Source: Pelomyxa schiedti (taxonomy: Eukaryota > Protista > Evosea). Taken from it: a stretch of DNA of 51,978 nucleotides. Below the pieces are notes generated by a model that saw only the letters and a list, made by a program, of their open reading frames with translations, searched no databases and was not told the DNA's origin. The stretch is from the NCBI GenBank assembly GCA_020536535.1, contig JAHLWZ010000906.1, forward strand, positions 1 through 51,978. Reading direction: 5' to 3'. Each line of letters starts with the position of its first letter. Positions within the stretch are counted from its first letter, which is position 1. Position numbers and translations under genes: made by a program. This document shows positions 44,401 to 51,978 of this stretch, one piece after another.

Positions 44401-45841
44401 ACCGGAACACCATCCCACTTGCCCCCTTCCCAACGAGTTCCCCAAGTGTGATGGAATCAACAGGAAGTTCGTTATGAAATGACACTTCTCCTGCAATGGC
44501 TCTGTTCACCATTTCTTCCAAATGAGCTTTACTCCTCACCTGGAGTAAAAGAATGAGATATAAAGGAGCGAGTTGTGGAGCTCCACCAGTTGTTTCATTT
44601 CACGTGCTTCTGCCTCATGTTGCTACAATTGTTAACAAAGATACCAGTCAAAAAATTCATATGAGAAAAGTAATTGTGCACACCAATTCAATGAGCCCAA
44701 AGCTCGTATTGAGAACGTTTGCGTTCTGTTTCACAAAACTAGGGCTCAACTTGACACTATTGCTCAGTGACCTGCTTGTTGCAAAAGAACCAGACTCCCT
44801 TCCAAAAGCAGCAGCGCTGGAACTGGCAGCAGCAGCACTAGCAGTACTAAAAGAAGAGGAACTACAAAACGACGAAGATGCCGAGACAGAACCGGAAGCT
44901 GCGGAAGAAGCAGAAGCAGCAGCAGCAGTAGTAGCAGCAGAAGCCATACAAACAGAATGAACAGAGGCAGACTTGTCAGAACTGCAAGAAGAGGATTCAG
45001 CCGCGCCAGGGGCATTAAGCCTGGGCTCAGACAGGCTCCTATTGTCGCCCAATTCGCCGGCACTGCTGCCACTCGTGGTCTTGTCAGTTCCGCCATCAGG
45101 GGTCCCGTTAGCAGAACCGCCACGCAGTGATGAAGTCGACGAGTACGACGAGAGGGAACACGCCGACGACCTCAGCGACGAAGGTGCCGATGACAAGGAT
45201 GAGCCGGAGGGGGCCGGCTCCGCGGGTGGATTGTGGGAGGCCGAAGGATCGGACGACGTGAGGGTCCTCGGGGATTCGGAGGCGTGGTGGCGGTGGTGCT
45301 GCTGCTGCTGGGAGTGGTGGTGCTTCGAGTTGGGATTATGGGAGTTGCGGCGGTGGTGGTTCTGGCTGCTGTGGTCGGCGCTGGTGCTGATCTCGTTGCT
45401 TTGATTGGGCTCGTTTGGCGGTTGGCTGCTTGTTGTTGCGCTTGTCGTGGGGCTGGTGACGGCGGCGTCGTGGGGAGGCGACCGCGGCGATTCGTGATGA
45501 TGGGACCGGGCGGAGTTGGGGGTGTGGTGGTGGGTTGTGCTGCTGTCCGCGATGCCATTATGGGACGAGGCGGCAGAAGGCGGCGGGGACGTGGACGAAG
45601 ACGACGGCGTTCGAGCCCTGTGCTGGTTTTCGCCGTGTTCTTCGTGGTGGTGGTGATGGTGGTCGTGCCCGCCGTCGGCGGTGGCGGCGGGAGTGGAATT
45701 ATGGGACGGCGGGGGGTTACTGTTGCCCTCGTAGTTTTCTGGAGAATGATGGCCAGTGTGGTGATGGTGCACAGTACTGGTATTTGGTGTTGTTGTGCTT
45801 GTTGGTGTTGGTACTGGCTCTTCGTTTTTCTCGTCACCCAT
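41456..45841 (-). CDS. TKL-group protein kinase with a His/Ser-rich disordered N-terminus and a C-terminal beta-propeller-like region
   Basis: ATG at 45841; LGELVGKGASGMVFR|GVVDGRTVAVKK; EFRREI; LFLVTELMPN; ARGMSYLHNLEIIHRDLKP; ADFGTSRV; YMAPELF; DVYSFA. Downstream exons contain propeller-like blades (GSLHSIDGNDGKMKWIK; LFVGTGGYVIAVDTATG). The 3' end is approximate. Confidence 0.8.
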
Positions 45842-46120
45842 TTCCGCAAACCAACAAATTCACACGATCTGTTTTTATTTTTCTTGTCCCTCCGAGACTA
45901 ACTCTTTCAGATCGTCACCAATCCTCGTCACCTTCTTGTCATCGCGGTCTTACGGTCTACAACCAAGAGTAGATCGGCATGCGGGCAAGTGCTGTGCACC
46001 CTCGGAGTGGCCAGGAACCAGTGACGGCTGCACAGATTGGCAAGGGTGCTTCATCACCACCGAGCAACAATGTGATCACCCCACTGGGAGGGAACAAACC
46101 GCCCTGCCTTTGGACAAACA

Positions 46121-46625
46121 ATGAGCGAAAATCACGTTTGTGGTAGATCCGATCCATGTTCACGGTTGGAGAACACGGAAAACGAAAATGCAAGGAAGCA
46201 ACCCAGGGGTGGATTTTGGTCGAGTACTCATGAACTTCGGCCAATAAGCAGAAGTTTGTGAGCTAATGAGCGCTCCTGAGCTTATCAACTGGCTTGAAAA
46301 CCTTTTGTTTTCTTTGAATTCCTCGGATGGCCGCTGAGGTTGATCTGATGGTTTTTCGACCATCAAACCCGAATTCTTGCTCTTTGCTGGGTTGTGAGTG
46401 AGGACTGTCAGCAGATGATTGTATTCTCCCTGCTTGCAGGTACTAGCATCTCGGCTCAGACACCTTGGCTACCGGAGTGTTACAGAGAGGGCCTGGAGGA
46501 ATCTCTACTCTCCTTCCTAAAGCGGACCCTCACACAGGGTTTTTTCCTTGAGATTGATCACAAATGAGCGCTCATGAACAGTTGATTTTGCTCACTTAGA
46601 TCTGTAATGAGCGTGAGCCGCTCAT
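46121..46625. promoter_or_regulatory. Cluster of ATGAGCG half-sites/palindromes between divergent genes
   Basis: ATGAGCG at 46121, 46266, 46564 and 46607; perfect palindrome ATGAGCGCTCAT at 46564-46575; near-palindrome at 46266-46277; inverted pair at 46607-46613/46619-46625. Function is inferred only. Confidence 0.4.
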
Positions 46626-46762
46626 AAATCCACCCCTGGAAGCAACCACGACCAACAACGCTACGAAACCAACATCGCGACATCGCCCCAACAACAACAA
46701 CAACAACAACAACAACAAGCAACAACGGTTGTTGTTGTTGCGGATCGGGTGGTGGGGAGCCT

Positions 46763-49700
46763 GTGGACGTGGAGTGCCCAGTGTGCCTGTGCGTGCTCGA
46801 CGATCCCGTGGTTCTCGCTCCCCAACCACCACCATCCGCATTGTCGGCGCAACAACGACCACCAGGTGACTCCAACACAGCAGCAGCAGCAGCAACAACA
46901 GCCACGTCGGCATCTCGTTGTTGCGGGCACAGCGTGTGCCGGCGGGACGGGGAGAGGGTGTGGGCCCACGCGCGGGCGTGGTCCCGTGCTCCCCCCGGTG
47001 CCTTGCTGCTCAATGACGTCTCGGAGTCTGCTGCTAAACAAAACATCGTGTGTACAACACCCACCCTCTCCTTCTCTCTCTCAGTCACACCACCCACTCT
47101 CTCGCTCGTAATAACTGGACTGTGTATCAGGAAAAAAAGGAAGCCCCGGACGTGGAACTGAGCACTGCACAGGCCAAAGGCGCGACGGCTACTGCTGCTG
47201 ATACCACCAAGAGCGGCAGTGGTGCTGGCATCGTTTGTGTGAAGTGCCCTGCATGTGATGCTGAAACCAGAATACAAGACTACATGGACGACGTGTCAAC
47301 ACCAGATGCTCCTCGTTCCTGCTGGAAGGTACGAAAATTACACTCTTTTGCAGCCGTCATTTGCCCCTTTTTCCTTACATCCATCAAATATATGTTGCCA
47401 GTCAAATGAATCTCTGCAGCAAGCAATAAGTGCACTCCATGAAAAGGCAACCTCACAAAAAGGAGGCAAGTGCGTTGTATGCAAAGATGAATCTGTTGTG
47501 TGGCAGTGCCAATGCACCCGTCATAGTCATTCTTCTCAGAAGGAAACAAAGCAGTGGTTTGTCTGTGATGATTGCATTGGTGGTTCCAAAAAGAAACACT
47601 TGAAAAAGTTCAGTGTTCCTGCAGAGTTGGTCAAGCTAACTGGAGCCGGCACTTCTTCTGAATCTGCTGGCTGCACCTCTTCTTCATCATCACAACAAGT
47701 GACTGCATTGGTGATGGTGAAGGATCGAGATGTGTGCTCGACCCATCATGAACCATTGAAACGGTTCTGCATTGAATGCCAAGAGTCAGTGTGCTGGCCC
47801 TGCTTGGTTGATGGTATTCTCTCAAAAAAAAAACTATCAGGATTAACCCCAACCAACACCCTCAGGTGAACACAAAAACAAGCAAAGTGATTTGCAACAC
47901 AAGAACAAACCAATTGAAGAGGCAGCACTTGAAAAGGTGACAGAACTGAAATCACTCTCAGAGGAACTGACTTCTAAACAACGTTGTGTGAAGTCCACAA
48001 TTGACACAGTTCAGCAGTCTGAAGTTTTCCTCTCTGTGGTAAAAATCATTACTTCTCTCCTTTTTTTCTTTGTTCAACAAACAACAGAGTGCCAAACAAG
48101 CCATCTCAGAAGTGGTCAGCACACAAGAGAAAGCAGTCGAACTGATCATGAAGACATCAGAGCAACTCATCAATCAAATCACTCTGGAATCTCTCTCAAA
48201 AGGTGTGTCATGAACAGAACTTTTCATCATCTTCCCACCCAAAAACCACAGGGAAAGAACTTTCAAGGCAAAAAGAACTGTTGGAGAGCCACCTTCAAAC
48301 GATTGAGGAAGAGCACAAGACAATTGAGAGGGTGATTGGAATCGGAACTGGCACCACAATGACAACAGACAACCACAAGGTTGTGAGGGTGTTCCCAAGG
48401 CTCAAGTCGAGGGCTCGTTGTGTTGTTGATGCTCCAATTGTGCTTGGTGAACCTTGCTTGGTTCCTTGTGTGCAGTTTGTTCCCTCCTTCGTTGATGATC
48501 TCCTTGTTCTCTGCAGTCACTTTGGTGATGTCCTTTCAGGTTTGTAATTCACCTCACTCACTGTGAGTCACTTCAGTGACTCCTTCATCTCTTACACTCA
48601 CTGAAGTGCTGACAATTATTATTTTTCCCTCCACTCCCAGTCTCCAAAAATGACTTGAGGGTGTGTCAATCTTGTCCAGCTGCCACCTGAAGATCAGTTC
48701 CACAACGAGCATCCAAAACAGAAGAAGGAACCTTTGGCAACAAGGGGGATTTGAATGCTGTTACTTCACGGAGGGTCAACACCCCACTTTCGTTTTCAGT
48801 GTCACTGAGTCACACAAAATCCATTCTCAACACCACTCCAGCAAGTTCATGTGCACATGTTTCTCCATGCCACCCACCAAACACTGACACAGCCACCACT
48901 CCAGAATCCAACAACCAACAGCAATGGCAAGAGCAAATCCAGGAGCTGATAACAGCTGAGGTCTGGGAAGATCATGGATCTGAAGGAGGAGCTTCAAAAC
49001 CAACAACATGTGGTGGATGTGAAGTGAGTTGTTGTTGCTCTGTTGAGGACACATTTAAAGAAGAAGTGATGAAGAAGTGGAAGGTGAATGTTGTTCCCAA
49101 GAAGGAGGGAACATTCAAGATGAACATCCTTTGTGGAAACAAGCCAATCAACACCCTCCCAATTCAATTTTCAGCTTTGGGTGGTGTGTATTTTCACCCT
49201 TCTCAGGTCTTCTTCGACTCAACAAACAATGCACAGTTCCCAAGACACCAAGCAACATCAGGATTGGGAGCATCACTCACGAGGGTTTCCAGTTCACATG
49301 TGACTTCAGTACCTCCCCTGTTGTTCTGGGAACCACCATGAATGGTATCAAACACAATGACTCAGTGATTGTGGAGATTGCTCAGAAGACCAAACAAGGT
49401 GAAGGAGCACCAACATTAAAAGGTAAGAATCTCCAGCCCCACCCCCAGAAGATGGATGGTGATCACTTATACCTTTGTTTTTTACAGGGCATACATCAGA
49501 TGTTGACACAGTTCAGTGGGAAGAAGTTTACTGTGGTGTTAAAAACACGTGCACAATTGGTGGTGGTTCCAGCACCCCAACAAACCATGCAAAGGGTGCG
49601 GGGGCAAAGGTGAAAGCAGACACAGAATACATTGTGAGGTGCTGTTTGTGTGACCACCTTGGTTGTGGTGACTGGGCCATTGCACCTCACTCTGTCAGAA

Positions 49701-51038
49701 CTCTCCCTGATCCTGGTTTGTTGTTTATCCTTTCAGCACTCCATCATTCACTTTTTTTTTGTGGCAGCACCACTTGCACCAATCAATTTGAGGATTGTGA
49801 CACAACAACAAGGACCAGCAACACCAACACTCGAGTGGACTCCAAACCCTCACGGTCCCAGACCATCCTCGTTTGTCATCCAGGCAAGGAGGAGCATCAG
49901 CAGGAATCCCAACCAACAACAACCACCAACAGAGGAAGGGTGGGCTGAGGCAGGCACCACAACAACAACACAACAACGAGTGCAACCCACGTCAATGGAC
50001 ATCACTCACACACTGGCAAACGCTGGTGGATTTGAACAAGTTGAGTTCAGGGTTTGTGCACTCAATGGGCCTTCAGCATCCAGCCCATGGTCCAACGTTG
50101 CTCTGTTCAAATGTTCGTGTGTCCCTCCCCTTTCAAAACACCGCACACCACAAAATAAAACATTACAGGTGAGCCACCAGGTGACCTTCACATGACGATG
50201 TTCCCCATGCTGGACTGGTCACCACCTTCACCACCAACACAACCACCACAGTGGTACGTTGTGCAGAGGAAGCCACACAACGCACCACCTGAATCAGCAT
50301 GGCATGAAGTGTGCCGTGGAACACAGACATCGTGTGATGTCACCACCATTGGATCACCACCAATCAGGTGTGGAGATAATGGTGAGTATGACTTCAGGGT
50401 TGGGTCACTGTGTGCTGGTGTGGTCATGTCAACCACTTGGAAGTTGCTGCAGAGCATCATCACTGGTGTGTATTTTTTCTTGTGCCCACTCAACTCCCAC
50501 CGACCAACCAACACACACAGGCACATTCACGTGGGATCCCTCATCGTGCTATAAAACTAACCTGAGTGACAACAACCACATTGCAACTGGTGTCTGTGGC
50601 AATAATTCCACAACAGTGTGGACAACACAGTGTGTCACAACTGGCTCCGTGGCAGTTGCACGAATCACACTCATCAAAAGGGATACCACCTGCAGTACCC
50701 CATGCATCGGCGTTGTTGAAATCACGTCCAACCAGCCCACACCACCATCAAGCCACATCAACAGCAGGCAGGGCTTCTGGGGCTTCAACCTGGCCAGCAG
50801 GAACAAAACATACCACAACGGGAAGCAACAGCCCTCAGGTGACAACAGGAACGGGTACAACAACACACCAGATGGGACTGTGATCACAGTGACAGTTGAC
50901 ATGACACACCCTGGTGGTGGGACGATGAGTGTGAGGGTCGGTGACTGTGACAGGGGTGTTGTGTGTTGCAGTGGTCTCCCTTCACCCCTCAGGTTCGCCT
51001 TCTCTGCCTGTTGTGGTAACACCATCAAGATAGAGTAA
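46763..51038 (+). CDS. TRIM-like protein: RING-like, two B-boxes, coiled coil, filamin-like, ~3 FN3, SPRY-like; multi-exon
   Basis: CPVC..CGHSVCRRD..CPAC; CVVC..C.C..CDDC..H; CSTHHEPLKRFCIECQESVCWPC; WKVNVVPKKEGTFKMNILCGNKPI (filamin-like); APLAPINLRIV..TLEWTP..FRVCALN..SPWS (FN3); FTWDPSSC..IGVVE..GTVITVTVDM (SPRY); stop at 51036-51038. The start is unresolved: the track uses GTG 46763, and an in-frame ATG at 46607 needs a 30-nt intron (46613-46642) to remove one TAA. Confidence 0.8.
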
Positions 51039-51233
51039 ACTGATGTTGATAGAGCAACAAAGTCCCATCAAAGTTTGAAATGGTTGAAGGGAGCCTGTCC
51101 CCTCCATTTTCGAAAAGCTCCTTTGTTCCCTTTCTCCCCTTGCCGTTGCCATCCACATGTTTCACCTGAACAATTTCGTTAGCAGTTGCGTCGGTAAAAC
51201 ACAAAGTGCCCGACCATTTTTTGGGATTGGATA

Positions 51234-51276
51234 GGTTTAGACCATGGTTTCAAAACGGTCTAAACCACGGTCTAAG
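51234..51276. repeat. Inverted repeat ggtttagacc / ggtctaaacc plus a third partial copy
   Basis: Perfect 10-bp arms at 51234-51243 and 51257-51266; cacggtctaag follows at 51266-51276. Confidence 0.8.
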
Positions 51277-51619
51277 CTACCGGCCGAGTGATCCCATCCA
51301 TCCCTATCTATGCCATGGAGGTCTCCCAGCAGGGAGCAGAAATTGCAGGCATGACACAACACAGACCACCCATCACCCTCAATTGTGTGTCTTTCTCAAC
51401 TGTTGGCCAATGATGTGTGCGTCATGCCTTGTAAGGTAACCTGTCCCACTGGTTTCCTGCTGTTGGGGTGTTTCTGGAGGAAATAGGGTGTTGTCAATAC
51501 TCTTGATTTCTGATTTCACTGACAGTGTAAGCTTGGGTTCCTGTGAGGTGACACACAAGAGAACCTTCAGTTCCCTGCAATAGACACACAGTTTGAGTGA
51601 ATTTTTTTCCACTCCAACA

Positions 51620-51740
51620 CAAAGTGCGCCGAGGAATGGAAAATCCTGCTGTAAATACAGTGTCCGGAAGTGCGCCACTAGGAACCCAAGTGGCGCACTT
51701 TGTGTTCCAGTCAAAACCCTGTGGTTCAAGGTGCGCCACA
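51620..51740. repeat. Cluster of (A)AGTGCGCC motifs containing a perfect 12-bp hairpin
   Basis: aagtgcgccact (51668-51679), 9-nt loop, agtggcgcactt (51689-51700). Extra copies at ~51622 (aagtgcgccga) and ~51731 (gtgcgccac). Confidence 0.85.
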
Positions 51741-51978
51741 AGGAAACCAGGCTGTGTTTGGTGGATTCTAACTGCCCAGTGTGAGTTTCAGTGGGAACCG
51801 ACACTTAAGCTCCTGCCAACCTAGTCAGGCTTTTGCCAATGAATCAGGTTTACAGAAATGTATGCTTCTGTGTATGTTGTGCTTGTACTAATGTGGGGAT
51901 ACTCACTCAATAACGGAAGACAGAAAGAGATGAATTCGATTGGAATAAAGGGTTCTATTGTTTGCCTTGTGTTTGTTG

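Noticed and set aside
45900-46550. Small ORFs between the kinase and TRIM-like genes
   Set aside because: Short, conflicting frames on both strands, with no domain or convincing splice model.
51780-51830. Helitron 3' end at CTAG (~51821)
   Set aside because: There is no strong hairpin just upstream of this CTAG, the strong hairpin is ~120 nt away, and no Rep/helicase is seen.

Overview
Eukaryotic, intron-rich genomic DNA with many short GT-AG introns (about 40-70 nt), so the ORF track shows exon fragments rather than whole genes. The gene content suggests an amoebozoan, plausibly an anaerobic archamoeba such as Pelomyxa; this is inference, not checked. About eight solid multi-exon genes are present: a Sel1-repeat/coiled-coil/protein kinase (-), a full-length homolog of monomethylamine:corrinoid methyltransferase MtmB (+), a secreted C45-family Ntn-hydrolase (+), a giant LamG/LRR/EGF single-pass surface protein (-), an integrin-beta-like protein with a ~33-unit Cys-rich stalk and NPxY tail (+), a C2 + ~30 PLAT-domain protein (+), a TKL kinase with a C-terminal propeller-like region (-), and a TRIM-like RING/B-box/filamin/FN3/SPRY protein (+). 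The standout is the MtmB-like gene. MtmB is a pyrrolysine enzyme known from methanogens and some anaerobic bacteria. Here it carries five predicted spliceosomal introns, has Ile at the pyrrolysine position and has lost the nearby active-site glutamates, which points to an acquired, domesticated, Pyl-independent enzyme in a eukaryote. Other observations: extreme TpA depletion confined to two genes, a six-domain higher-order PLAT repeat, a microhomology-joined 1.07-kb duplication, and shared hairpin/palindrome motifs in intergenic DNA. I found no rRNA, tRNA, CRISPR array or transposase. All family assignments come from reading translations and recalled reference sequences, not database searches.
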